A stretch of 37,530 nucleotides of DNA, from assembly GCA_964365675.1 (NCBI GenBank), contig CAYIQX010000002.1, positions 1 through 37,530 on the forward strand, given 5' to 3'. This document shows, in pieces, positions 25,877 through 34,385 of the stretch; positions within the stretch are counted from its first letter, which is position 1, and every line of letters starts with the position of its first letter. Below the pieces are notes generated by a model, which ran no database searches, was not told where the DNA came from, and saw nothing but the letters and a program-made list of their open reading frames with translations. The translations under genes were made by a program, and so were the position numbers. The stretch is from an uncultured Candidatus Saccharibacteria bacterium (lineage in GTDB: Bacteria > Patescibacteriota > Minisyncoccia > Sungbacterales > SURF-37).

Positions 25877-27103
25877 ATGGATCTGTCTTCGTGGTATCGT
25901 CGCCGTATGTCTCGTCGCGGGGGGATAAAAAATTTATTCTCGTTTGTTCAGGAGCGGAGCGCGGAGATTTTCAGCAGTGAAGGCCTTAGGCGAAAGCTCG
26001 CCGCAAGAAAGAATCTCCGGGTGAAGCTTGGCATTGATCCTACTACCCCGGATTTGCATCTCGGCCATGTGGTGCCACTCCGGATGCTGAAGGCCTTTCA
26101 GGATGCCGGCCATCGGGCCGTACTTATTATCGGCGACTTTACCGGTCGGGTCGGCGATCCGTCCGGGAAGACCGCTACGCGCCGTCAGCTCAGCGCGGCC
26201 GAAGCCAGGGCGAACGAACGCACGTACCGAGTTCAGATCGGCCGCATTCTCGATCTTCGCCGGACCGAGGTGCGACACAATAGCGAATGGTTCAATCGCA
26301 TGACCCTCGCTGATTTCCTCGAGCTTTTAACAAAATTTCCGCTCAAGGGGGCCTGGGAGCGCGAGGATTTCCAGAAGCGGCTCTCCCGTGGGAAACCGGT
26401 GCAACTACACGAAGCCATGTATCACGTACTCCAGGCCTACGATTCGGTGATGGTGCGGGCTGATGTCGAGTTGGGTTCCCTTGACCAGAAATTGAACCTG
26501 CTGGCCGGGCGTGCGCTACAGGAAAAACTTGGGCGCATCTCCCAGGATGTGGTGCTGCTCCCGTATCTTATCGGCCTGGATGGCCGCCAGAAGATGTCCA
26601 AGACCGCGGGGAATACCATCAATCTTGGCGATGCCGCGCTTGATATGTTCGGGAAGGTTATGGCCATTACCGATCCGCTGATCCTGCAATATGCCGAACT
26701 TGCCGCGTGGTTCTCGCCCGCCGACGTGGCATCGCTCCGTCGTCGTCTCCGCACGAAGGAAAACCCGAGAGATGTGAAGCTCGATGTGGCAGAGGCGACC
26801 GTCGGGCTTTACTACCCCCGCAAAGAAGCCAGGCGTGCTCGCGAGGGGTTTTTGAGAACTTTTTCCCGGCGTGAAACGCCGCGAGGCGCACTGACTAGTA
26901 TCATTCGCCCCGGTTCCTACTCCGGGCTACAACTAGTGGCAGCGCTCGGGGGCGACCCCTCTCGCTCTGCGGCGCGTCGTCTCCTTGCCGGCGGGGCCGT
27001 AGAAGTTGACGGCAACATTTTAGAAGACCCCCGACAAACCATAGAGGTCAGGCCGGGCAGCACGATCCGGATCGGGAAAAAAAAGTTTTTCCGAGTGCGT
27101 TGA
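25877..27103 (+). CDS. tyrS: Tyrosine--tRNA ligase
   Basis: The HIGH motif is DLHLGH, with GDFTGRVGDPSGK and KMSKS (KMSKT). A C-terminal S4-like domain is present. ATG 25907 is a plausible alternative start. Confidence 0.92.
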   Translation: MDLSSWYRRRMSRRGGIKNLFSFVQERSAEIFSSEGLRRKLAARKNLRVKLGIDPTTPDLHLGHVVPLRMLKAFQDAGHRAVLIIGDFTGRVGDPSGKTATRRQLSAAEARANERTYRVQIGRILDLRRTEVRHNSEWFNRMTLADFLELLTKFPLKGAWEREDFQKRLSRGKPVQLHEAMYHVLQAYDSVMVRADVELGSLDQKLNLLAGRALQEKLGRISQDVVLLPYLIGLDGRQKMSKTAGNTINLGDAALDMFGKVMAITDPLILQYAELAAWFSPADVASLRRRLRTKENPRDVKLDVAEATVGLYYPRKEARRAREGFLRTFSRRETPRGALTSIIRPGSYSGLQLVAALGGDPSRSAARRLLAGGAVEVDGNILEDPRQTIEVRPGSTIRIGKKKFFRVR

Positions 27104-27130
27104 GCCTCGATGCGTTCGCGCCAGCAACCG

Positions 27131-27160
27131 AAAAGCCCCGGCGGTATCGCCGGGGCTTTT
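27131..27160. terminator. Bidirectional rho-independent terminator (serves tyrS on + and ruvC/acidic ORF on -)
   Basis: GCCCCGGCG (27135-27143), loop GTAT, CGCCGGGGC (27148-27156). The hairpin is flanked by AAAA (27131-27134) and TTTT (27157-27160). Confidence 0.8.
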
Positions 27161-27162
27161 GA

Positions 27163-27309
27163 TCACACATCTGCAGGGTCATCGTCGCTTGCGACCTCGA
27201 GTCCGTCTGCTTCTTCCTCGGGCTCGGTGAGGATGTCGCCCTCGCCATCTACTTCGCCTTCATCCTCCTGGTCTATGATCAGGGCCGATTCGTCTATCAA
27301 GAACGTCAT
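27163..27309 (-). CDS. Candidate 48-aa highly acidic small protein
   Basis: Hand translation gives MTFLIDESALIIDQEDEGEVDGEGDILTEPEEEADGLEVASDDDPADV. Third codon positions are G/C-rich. The stop codon sits immediately before the terminator hairpin. No clear Shine-Dalgarno is visible. The ORF is absent from the track because it is under 60 aa. Confidence 0.4.
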   Translation of the reverse strand: MTFLIDESALIIDQEDEGEVDGEGDILTEPEEEADGLEVASDDDPADV

Positions 27310-27380
27310 AACAGGATCAACGCAGTGTTATGTGTAGTTCGACCTTTTAGTTTCTTAACGGTTCGATGTATATTCCAGGA

Positions 27381-27866
27381 TCAGGCGACCCGCCTCGTAT
27401 AGAGCGCGGTCAGCGCGATGGCAATGGCGTCGATCGCATCATCTCCCTTGGGGAGTACAGCCTTCGGTAGGAGGGCTTGCACTCCGCGATAGACCTGCAT
27501 TTTGTCAGCCCGCCCGTATCCTGTTACCGCAAGTTTCACCGTCAGCGGCGCGTATTCCCAAATGCTAGGGACGAGGCCGCGGGCTGTCAAGAGGATTATC
27601 CCCCGCGCTTCAGAAACCGCAAGCGCGGTTTTGGTGTTGCGGGAGAAGTACAATTTTTCGACGGCCACGGCCGACGGCCGGTCGCGCCGGAGGCGTTGAT
27701 CAATGGCCTCGGCAAGGGCCAAGAGACGATCGGCCGGAGCTTGTCCGCCCGGGATGGTAATAGTCTCGGCCGAGAGCAGTTCAGGAGTGGGCCCGCCGCC
27801 ACGCACGAGTGCATAGCCGATGCGGGTGGTACCGGGATCAATGCCAGCGATGAGGGGTGGGATCAT
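27381..27866 (-). CDS. ruvC: Holliday junction resolvase RuvC
   Basis: IAGIDPGTTRIGYALV (catalytic Asp), VAVEKLYF and DDAIDAIAIAL are present. An ATGA overlap links it to yebC. Confidence 0.92.
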   Translation of the reverse strand: MIPPLIAGIDPGTTRIGYALVRGGGPTPELLSAETITIPGGQAPADRLLALAEAIDQRLRRDRPSAVAVEKLYFSRNTKTALAVSEARGIILLTARGLVPSIWEYAPLTVKLAVTGYGRADKMQVYRGVQALLPKAVLPKGDDAIDAIAIALTALYTRRVA

Positions 27867-28591
27867 GAGGCGAAATCGATATTCGTGGAAACGGTGGTTA
27901 CGTCAGGGTGCTTTTCAAGAGCGTCTTGAAGGATTTCGGCCCGTTTCAGGTCCTCGGGCGTTAGCGCGAGCGCGGTCTTGGAGATCATCGCGGTGGCACT
28001 CCCGATCGTTTTTAGGCCGTGGCGAGCCATGGCTGCCTGGAATGATTCAACGGACTCCACGGGGATGAGCGCTACGAGCCCGTCAGGGTCGGTTTCGATG
28101 TCAACCGCACCGGCATCAATGAGGATAAGCGTTATGCGGTCTCGCGCTTCGGCATCGGGGAGGGGAAGGGTTATGAGCGCACGACGCTCGAACATCCAAG
28201 CAACGCTCCCCGCTCCGGCGAGTTTTCCTCCGAACTTGGAGAGGACGGCCCGCATCTCGCTTGCCGTGCGGTTGGCGTTATCCGTAATGGCGTGGATAAG
28301 ATAGGCGCTGCCGCCCGGGCCGTAGGCCTCGTATTTGCGCGAGACCAGGGTGTCCTTGTCCAGGGTCCCCCTAGCACGGCTGACGGCGCGTTCAATATTT
28401 TCTTTCGGCAGTCCCGCGTCCTGGGCCTGCTCCATCGCAGTACGGAGTTTTGCGTTGGTAGCGGGGTCAGGCGCGCCCTCCCGGCCGGCAATAGTGATGA
28501 GGCGCGAGAGTTTAGAAAAGAGAGCGCTCCGCTTGGCGTCCGTTCCGGCTTTTTTGTGTTTTACCTGCGCCCAGCGGGAATGTCCGGCCAT
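27863..28591 (-). CDS. yebC: YebC/PmpR-family transcriptional regulator
   Basis: MAGHSRWAQVKHKKAGTDAKRSALFSKLSRLITIAGREG... is the hallmark N-terminus of the family. Confidence 0.93.
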   Translation of the reverse strand: MAGHSRWAQVKHKKAGTDAKRSALFSKLSRLITIAGREGAPDPATNAKLRTAMEQAQDAGLPKENIERAVSRARGTLDKDTLVSRKYEAYGPGGSAYLIHAITDNANRTASEMRAVLSKFGGKLAGAGSVAWMFERRALITLPLPDAEARDRITLILIDAGAVDIETDPDGLVALIPVESVESFQAAMARHGLKTIGSATAMISKTALALTPEDLKRAEILQDALEKHPDVTTVSTNIDFAS

Positions 28592-28660
28592 GGGGGGTAA
28601 AATCGCAAATTACAATTCCCAAACTACAAACTTTTTGTGATTCGGCGCTTGGAGTTTATA

Positions 28661-29206
28661 CTACTTCGGTTCTGGAGATGCAGTTGGGGGCGCCGCTCCT
28701 TCAACCGGGCGCTGCTGCCGGGAGTATTGGAGAATGAGGTCTTTAGCGCGGTTGAAGTCGGTAACAGCCGATACGGTGAACTCGCCCGCGCCGGCCGTCT
28801 GGATTTTTATATTCCCGAACTGCATCATCGTGGCGAAGAAACCCGGGATCTCTACCGTGACGTTCTGGATACGATCAAGCGACATTTCCGAAATTTCCCT
28901 GCGGAAAAGGGTTTTTTGTTCGACGTCAATAATGCGCTCGCTTGTGATGATCCAGACGTCAAGATAGTACTCCAGCCAGCGTATGAGCATATAGACGAGC
29001 AGGCCGGCGAAGTACAGCGCGAGGAAAAAATCCGCTACCGGTTCAATAGTCGGGGAGGAAAAAAGTGGGAGATACACGCGTACGGCAATGAAGGCGATAG
29101 GCGGGGCGAGGAGGAGCAGGAAAAACGTCAGTGTCGGGCCGGCAAAAACTATCCAGTGCCGCCGCATGGTCAGGAGGATTTTTTCCGTCGGGGCGAGCGT
29201 GAGCAT
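28661..29206 (-). CDS. Membrane protein with bacterial PH (bPH_2, YdbS/YdbT-like) domain
   Basis: Two N-terminal TM helices are followed by DVWIITSERIIDVEQKTLFRREISEMSLDRIQNVTVEIPGFFATMMQFGNIKIQTAG. Confidence 0.72.
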   Translation of the reverse strand: MLTLAPTEKILLTMRRHWIVFAGPTLTFFLLLLAPPIAFIAVRVYLPLFSSPTIEPVADFFLALYFAGLLVYMLIRWLEYYLDVWIITSERIIDVEQKTLFRREISEMSLDRIQNVTVEIPGFFATMMQFGNIKIQTAGAGEFTVSAVTDFNRAKDLILQYSRQQRPVEGAAPPTASPEPK

Positions 29207-29210
29207 GCGG

Positions 29211-29408
29211 CTATCGGGGGATGCGTAAGAGCGAGACCAGTGCTAGCCCGAGAAATATCAATGCCAGGGTTGCATAGACCGGGATGACAATTTTCGGCGC
29301 GGTCCAGCCCGGCAGGGTGTAGTGGAGGAGGTGATAGATGACGGCCGCGCTGAAAAAAATATCCGCCGCGATGAAGGCAAAGAAAAACGAGAGAAGCGCT
29401 ACGAACAT
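29211..29408 (-). CDS. 65-aa two-TM membrane protein
   Basis: ATG 29408 lies 1 nt after the ruvB stop. The sequence begins MFVALLSFFFAFIAADIFFSAAVIY...IVIPVYATLALIFLGLALVSLL. The longer track ORF overlaps ruvB and is rejected. Confidence 0.55.
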   Translation of the reverse strand: MFVALLSFFFAFIAADIFFSAAVIYHLLHYTLPGWTAPKIVIPVYATLALIFLGLALVSLLRIPR

Positions 29409-29409
29409 A

Positions 29410-30420
29410 TTAGGCGTCGATAAGCCGCGGCTGATCCGGATAATCAGCGCCGAGATGTGCGAAGGCGAGGCGCGTGGCGACGCGGCCTCGGGCGGTGCGT
29501 TCCAGAAGTCCCAACTGCATGAGGTAGGGTTCGTAGACCTCCTCAATGGTGTCTTCTTCTTCTGCGGTTGCCGCGGCAAGGGCAGAGAGACCCACGGGTC
29601 CGCCCTGGAATTTTCTCACAATGGTCTCAAGGATGCGGCGGTCCGTTGGTTCAAGCCCCTGGGCGTCTATCTCAAGCAGGCGAAGGGCGGAGCGCGCCGC
29701 CTCGGCAGTTACGTGCCCGGTGCCGTGGACCGCGGCATAATCGCGTACGCGCTTCAGGAGGCGATTGGCTACGCGGGGGGTCGAGCGCGCGGCAGAGGCG
29801 GTAAGTTCGATGGCCTCTTTGTCGGCATGAATGCGCAGGAGCGTTGATGAGCGAGTAAGGATTTCCTCGATGTCCCGGGTTGAGTAGAAATCCAGTCGGA
29901 ACGTAACGCCGAAGCGGGAGCGCAGGGGCCCCGAGAGCATGCCGACGCGGGTGGTGGCCGCAATAAGCGTGAAAGGCGGGAGCTCGAGCTGGATGGTCCG
30001 GGCCGAGGGGCCTTTGCCGATAATAATATCAAGGGTCCGCGACTCCATGGCCGGGTAGAGTACCTCTTCGATGAGCTTATTCATCCGGTGCGCTTCATCA
30101 ATAAAAAGAATATCTCCGGGAAGAAGATTGGTCAGGATGGAAGCAAGATCGCCCACCCGTTCTATAGCCGGCCCCGAGGTGATGCGGATGTTCGTATTTA
30201 GTTCCCGGGCAATGAGATGCGCCAAGGACGTTTTGCCAAGTCCCGGCGGGCCGTAGAGGAGAACGTGCTCGATGGGTTCATTGCGCTGGCGCGCGGCGGC
30301 AATAAGGATCTTCAAATTGTCCTTGACGATGGTCTGGCCAATAAATTCATCCCAACGCTGCGGGCGGAGTGCCTGATCAAGGGCGGTATCTTCGTGTTTT
30401 TGTTTTGGCTCGGTTTCCAT
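29410..30420 (-). CDS. ruvB: Holliday junction branch-migration ATPase RuvB
   Basis: [12 protein letters not shown], Walker [10 protein letters not shown], Walker [10 protein letters not shown], and the sensor/[15 protein letters not shown] region are present. The track start 30441 is TTG. ATG 30420 (METEPKQ...) with AAGGGA upstream is preferred. Confidence 0.95.
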   Translation of the reverse strand: METEPKQKHEDTALDQALRPQRWDEFIGQTIVKDNLKILIAAARQRNEPIEHVLLYGPPGLGKTSLAHLIARELNTNIRITSGPAIERVGDLASILTNLLPGDILFIDEAHRMNKLIEEVLYPAMESRTLDIIIGKGPSARTIQLELPPFTLIAATTRVGMLSGPLRSRFGVTFRLDFYSTRDIEEILTRSSTLLRIHADKEAIELTASAARSTPRVANRLLKRVRDYAAVHGTGHVTAEAARSALRLLEIDAQGLEPTDRRILETIVRKFQGGPVGLSALAAATAEEEDTIEEVYEPYLMQLGLLERTARGRVATRLAFAHLGADYPDQPRLIDA

Positions 30421-30470
30421 AGTTCCCTTGGTAGCGGACAAAAGGCCTGCCTACGGCAAAATAGGTTGAT

Positions 30471-30499
30471 TTGACAACCTCCCTTTATATTGATATAAT
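30471..30499 (+). promoter_or_regulatory. Perfect-consensus sigma-70 promoter with no downstream plus-strand CDS
   Basis: TTGACA (30471-30476), an exactly 17-nt spacer, TATAAT (30494-30499), read directly from the sequence. Confidence 0.65.
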
Positions 30500-30505
30500 T
30501 ACGCC

Positions 30506-30721
30506 AATACGGCATGCAGGAGGGCTTGCGGCCCTCTTTCTCGTTGCCTCCCCTGGCTGTGGGCAATTCAGGTTGATTCGCGTTGGCCTGAATGGGGACT
30601 TTCTTTATACCCGATACCCCGGTTCCCGTCTCGCACGGATCCAACGGGGGTACTCGAATCGTAAGTCCTGACCTCCGCGCTCCCAAGCCGGAGAATTGCC
30701 CACAGCCAGGGGAGGCAACGA
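30506..30721 (+). ncRNA. Candidate structured non-coding RNA of unknown class (3' end undetermined)
   Basis: The predicted transcript start is about 7 nt after the -10. A GC hairpin lies at 30520-30536. A 29-bp perfect stem then closes a 123-nt interior that contains several further complementary segments. No credible ORF is present. The strand assignment rests on the promoter only. Confidence 0.4.
30541..30721. repeat. 29-bp perfect inverted repeat separated by 123 nt
   Basis: TCGTTGCCTCCCCTGGCTGTGGGCAATTC (30541-30569) is the exact reverse complement of GAATTGCCCACAGCCAGGGGAGGCAACGA (30693-30721). Confidence 0.95.
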
Positions 30722-30782
30722 CCTAGGGGTTGGGGGACAACCACGAACCACAACCTAGAACTTGCAACCGATAACCCATAAA

Positions 30783-32447
30783 CTATCCACTTCCCACCAC
30801 CCGCTCGACCTCGGGCAGATCGGTTATTCCCGCGAGCACTTTCAAAATGCCGTCCTGGCGCATGGATATCTGGCCCTGGGTCTTGGCCGCCGCTTTTATT
30901 TCCACCTCGGACGGACTCTTAAACATTAGCTGTTCGATCGTGTCATCCACCAGGATTATTTCAAAAACGCCGACGCGTCCCCTATAGCCCGTGCTATTAC
31001 ATTCGGGGCATCCCACCGCTTTCCATAGTGAGAGTGGTTCTTTTATTTGAGGTCTTGTCGCCTGCGACGGCATGGCGGCGAGGTCAGCTTCCAGTACTTT
31101 TCGCTCTTCCGGCGCGGCCGCGTATTCTTGACGGCATTTGATGCAAAGTTTTCGGACCAGGCGCTGGGCCATGGCGACGTTGATGGCCGGAGCCATGATC
31201 GCGGGGTTTACCCCGAGATCGAGAAGCCGCGGGATAGTGCCGGCGGCGTCATTGGTGTGGAGGGTGGAGAACACGAGGTGTCCGGTAAGCGCGGCGTGCA
31301 TCGCGGTTTTCGCCGTCTCGAGATCGCGTATTTCACCGACTAAAATAACATCCGGGTCCTGACGGAGAATGGAGCGCAGGCCAGAGGCGAAATCGTATCC
31401 TGATGTCGCTTCCACCTGCGTCTGCTCGATGCCGGTCAGGCGGTATTCTATCGGGTCCTCCAGGGTGATTATTTTTACCCCGGGCTTATGCGCCTCATGG
31501 ACAAAGGCATAGAGCGTCGTGGTTTTGCCTGAACCGGTGGGGCCAGTGGTCAGGATCATGCCGTTCGGCTTCGCAAGCTCCCCGGCCATGGCCTTTTCGG
31601 TCCACGTCTGCATGCCGAGGCCCCGGAACGTGATGGCAATGGCCTTTGGGTTCAGCACCCGGAGCACGATGTTCTCGCCGTACGGCCCGGGGAGCGTAGA
31701 GGAACGCACTTCCATATCCGCGCCGTCTATCTTTATCGTGAATCGTCCGTCCTGGCCGCGGGTCTGGACGTTCAGCTTCATCTCCGATATCAGTTTGATG
31801 CGCGAGAGCAAAAATTTATAGCTTGCCGGTGGGAGTCCGGAAACATCGGAGAGCACGCCGTCCAGCCGGTAGCGGAGACGCACGACCTCGGCTTGCGGCT
31901 CGAAGTGGATGTCGGACGCATCCACCTCCAGCGCGCCGGCCAGGATTATCTCCAGAATATCCGTGGCCCGTTTGGTCTCGACCCCCTTTAACAGTTCCGC
32001 GATATCAGCCATGGTTTTTACCTGGGAACGGAACTGCCCGAGGCGTTCGGAGGAAACATCAACTTCCCCGGTGATGGTGCGAGCTCTCCGCGCGATGTTG
32101 GCATACGCCGCCCAGACCTTTTCCAGACCCGCGCGGGAAACCATGAACAAGTCAACAGTATAGCGCCGGCGCTGGAGGTCTTCGAATATTGCTTTGGTCT
32201 TCGGCTGGTCGGGGTTTCGGAGCGCAACCTCGAGGCGCTTGCCGATTTTTTGGATCACGGCCATCTCCCCGGCGCGCGCTTCCTCCTCCGATACCAACGC
32301 GAGGGCATCCACGTTCACGGGTATCGTCGAAAGGTCGGCATAGGGAAGGCGGTACTTTTCGGAAAGCAGTTTTACGGTATCTTCCTCCTCCTTGCGGCGG
32401 AGTTTGGCGAGATGCTCTTCCTGTTTTTCCTCCTCAAAGGCAACCAT
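30783..32447 (-). CDS. pilB: Type IV pilus / type II secretion assembly ATPase (PilB/GspE family)
   Basis: An N-terminal GSPII_E_N-like domain is present. The motifs are Walker A TGPTGSGKTTT, DPIEY, VGEIRD (Asp box), GHLVFSTLHTN (His box), and the tetracysteine CIKC...CPECNSTGYRGRVGVFE. Confidence 0.93.
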   Translation of the reverse strand: MVAFEEEKQEEHLAKLRRKEEEDTVKLLSEKYRLPYADLSTIPVNVDALALVSEEEARAGEMAVIQKIGKRLEVALRNPDQPKTKAIFEDLQRRRYTVDLFMVSRAGLEKVWAAYANIARRARTITGEVDVSSERLGQFRSQVKTMADIAELLKGVETKRATDILEIILAGALEVDASDIHFEPQAEVVRLRYRLDGVLSDVSGLPPASYKFLLSRIKLISEMKLNVQTRGQDGRFTIKIDGADMEVRSSTLPGPYGENIVLRVLNPKAIAITFRGLGMQTWTEKAMAGELAKPNGMILTTGPTGSGKTTTLYAFVHEAHKPGVKIITLEDPIEYRLTGIEQTQVEATSGYDFASGLRSILRQDPDVILVGEIRDLETAKTAMHAALTGHLVFSTLHTNDAAGTIPRLLDLGVNPAIMAPAINVAMAQRLVRKLCIKCRQEYAAAPEERKVLEADLAAMPSQATRPQIKEPLSLWKAVGCPECNSTGYRGRVGVFEIILVDDTIEQLMFKSPSEVEIKAAAKTQGQISMRQDGILKVLAGITDLPEVERVVGSG

Positions 32448-32530
32448 GCGCGAGCGCGAATATGTGAACCGGGGCGGGCGTCAAAACCGTATATTGGTCA
32501 AGAAAGACGTCATGCTGAACACTATGCTTT

Positions 32531-33652
32531 TCATTCTACCGTATCGGAGGTGGGGAGCAATTGGCGTAAATATTCCTCCGCCGCGGCAAAAGACGGAAAC
32601 GAGCGTTCCAGCACCTGCCGGGGGGCCGCGAGTTCGGCCGCGTTCTCCCACGCGGCCCGCACGGCGCTATCGGTGGGGTCCTGCCATAAAAGTACATAGG
32701 TAATTGCCCGGGGGAACGTCTTTCGGATCCGCTCGAGCACGCTTGCTCCCGCCGAGGGGATAGTGGCGGTTTTGGTGAAATCCTCGGCGGTGAGGAATAC
32801 CCAGAGCGTCCCCGTTCTTTCCTCGAAGCGGGATCGGGCCAGCGCCCTTCCGGCGAGTTGTATTTCATCAAGCGAAGGCCGGAACAGGGAAAGTTTCCGC
32901 AATGCATCGGGCGAGGCGCCGAGCGCTCGAAGTTCGCCGGCAAGCCGGAAGGCCGACGCGCTCGTCCGCTCGGGTTGGAACTCATCGGTCGCCGCCCCGA
33001 GCGCGGCAAAAAGCGCGCTTGCCCGTTCGGGGTCGTCGGCGGGTACGGCTAATGCCGAGAGGAGGTCGTAGGTAAGTTCCGCGAGCGTCGGCGGTTCCGA
33101 CGAGCCGGCATCGGGCAGAAGGTTTAGTTCACCATAGCGCTGATTGGCGGGGGACGTATCAATATTGAGGATCGGTTTTTCGTGCAAGAGCTCCGGCGTG
33201 CGGCGGATGCTGGCGCTCAGCGCCTCAAGGGACGGCGCGCCCATGGTGATGACGAGGTCATAACGCAATCCACCCCAGCGAAATTCGACATCCTCGCGGC
33301 GGATGCGGCCGGTCGGGGAGAGGATGATATCCAGGCGATTCTCGCCGCGCTCGTATTTCAGCTCCTTGATCGGGGAACGCGTGAGGTCGAAAGAAAGGAT
33401 GAACTCCCGGAGCGGTTCCTCGTCGCCCGCGAGCATATTCCATGGCACGAGCGATCGCTCCGCGGGGGCGGCGGCAAACACGCTGGTTATTTTTCCGATG
33501 GCCCGAAGACCGGAGACAAGCGCAATGGCCGAGCCCATCACGTCAAGGGTCGGCTTCTCCGGCAAGACCACCGCCAGCGTTTGGCTGGAGGCGACGCGCT
33601 TGGCCGCGTCGGCCAGCGATACGCTCTTTGGGGTGGACGGGGGATTTTGCAT
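32531..33652 (-). CDS. DHH/DHHA1-like (NrnA-like) protein with degenerate catalytic motifs
   Basis: The layout parallels NrnA: LAVVLPEKPTLDVMGSAIAL sits where HxxPDGDAxGS is expected, and ILNIDTSPANQRYG sits where IDHH is expected, followed by a helical linker and a C-terminal domain. The family call is by pattern only. Confidence 0.55.
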   Translation of the reverse strand: MQNPPSTPKSVSLADAAKRVASSQTLAVVLPEKPTLDVMGSAIALVSGLRAIGKITSVFAAAPAERSLVPWNMLAGDEEPLREFILSFDLTRSPIKELKYERGENRLDIILSPTGRIRREDVEFRWGGLRYDLVITMGAPSLEALSASIRRTPELLHEKPILNIDTSPANQRYGELNLLPDAGSSEPPTLAELTYDLLSALAVPADDPERASALFAALGAATDEFQPERTSASAFRLAGELRALGASPDALRKLSLFRPSLDEIQLAGRALARSRFEERTGTLWVFLTAEDFTKTATIPSAGASVLERIRKTFPRAITYVLLWQDPTDSAVRAAWENAAELAAPRQVLERSFPSFAAAEEYLRQLLPTSDTVE

Positions 33653-33728
33653 GTTATTCCACTATTGGTAGCGCGGGGCCTTTGTAAGTCAACGTGATAT
33701 GTGCATAAGAGTGGGTTTTTAGTTGAGG

Positions 33729-33757
33729 TTGACAGGTTTAAATAGTTTATGTATACT
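33729..33757 (+). promoter_or_regulatory. Sigma-70 promoter for the 179-aa secreted protein gene
   Basis: TTGACA (33729-33734), a 17-nt spacer, TATACT (33752-33757). AGGAG lies 9-11 nt before ATG 33827. Confidence 0.55.
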
Positions 33758-33826
33758 GGGGTTAGTAGGTTTTTGCGCTGTTTCTCGGTTTTACTACGCC
33801 ACGCGTAGAGAGAGGAGAAGAGTATC

Positions 33827-34366
33827 ATGCGCAGACTGGCTTCGCTCGTTCTCATCGTTCTTCTGGTGAGTGGCATCGTTTTGGTGCCACCACCGCCGGT
33901 GGCCGAAGCCAACGGCGCCGCTGTAAACGCGGCGCTTGGCCTCGCGGCGTTCGCGGTCCTCGCCGTCGTGGTTAACGCCCTCACGCCGAAGCCGACGCAG
34001 GCGGCGGTTGTGGTGTACCCGCCGCCGCAACCGGTCGTGTCCGGTCCGGCGACCTACCCGTCCCCCCCGCCCCCGCCATTCGCTCCCCCGGCGACCGGTA
34101 CCGCGCCGGCGCCTGCGCAGACGGTTTACCCCGCGGCTATCCAGGGCGGTCTCACCGTGGGGAATTCCGTCGGTTCCCCCATCGATGTGTTCGTGAACGG
34201 CCAGTTGGTTCGTGCTGGCATGCCGCATGGGGAGGCCATAACGTTCAACATCCGCGGCAACGGGATAGTGCTGGCGCGCCTGCCGGAAGGCAGGTTTGCC
34301 CAGAAACAGTTCTGGACGGGCCAGCGGGAAGCGGTCATCTTCTCGGCATACGACTTCCCGCAGTAG
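33827..34366 (+). CDS. Secreted or membrane protein with a proline-rich linker and a ~80-aa C-terminal beta domain
   Basis: A signal/TM is present (LASLVLIVLLVSGIVLV), then a second hydrophobic helix and a PPPQPVVSGPATYPSPPPPPFAPP linker. The gene has its own promoter, RBS and terminator. The larger antisense ORF 33794-34549 is rejected. Confidence 0.65.
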   Translation: MRRLASLVLIVLLVSGIVLVPPPPVAEANGAAVNAALGLAAFAVLAVVVNALTPKPTQAAVVVYPPPQPVVSGPATYPSPPPPPFAPPATGTAPAPAQTVYPAAIQGGLTVGNSVGSPIDVFVNGQLVRAGMPHGEAITFNIRGNGIVLARLPEGRFAQKQFWTGQREAVIFSAYDFPQ

Positions 34367-34385
34367 CGGGGCGGGTAAGATCAGA

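Noticed and set aside
27110-27337. 75-aa plus-strand ORF after tyrS.
   Set aside because: It runs through the bidirectional terminator hairpin and is Ser-rich low complexity. The opposite strand carries the better-supported acidic mini-ORF.
29409-29579. Extension of the small membrane protein ORF to 122 aa.
   Set aside because: It overlaps the 3' end of ruvB. ATG 29408 follows directly after the ruvB stop.
30442-30782. Identification of the structured gap as RNase P RNA, tmRNA, SRP RNA, 6S RNA, a tRNA or a retron msr/msd. The listed ORFs 30312-30686(-), 30471-30671(+) and 30568-30753(-) were also considered.
   Set aside because: No conserved core motif of those RNAs is present on either strand. 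There is no reverse transcriptase nearby for a retron. The ORFs start at non-ATG codons (one at the -35 hexamer itself), cross the inverted repeat and have no RBS.
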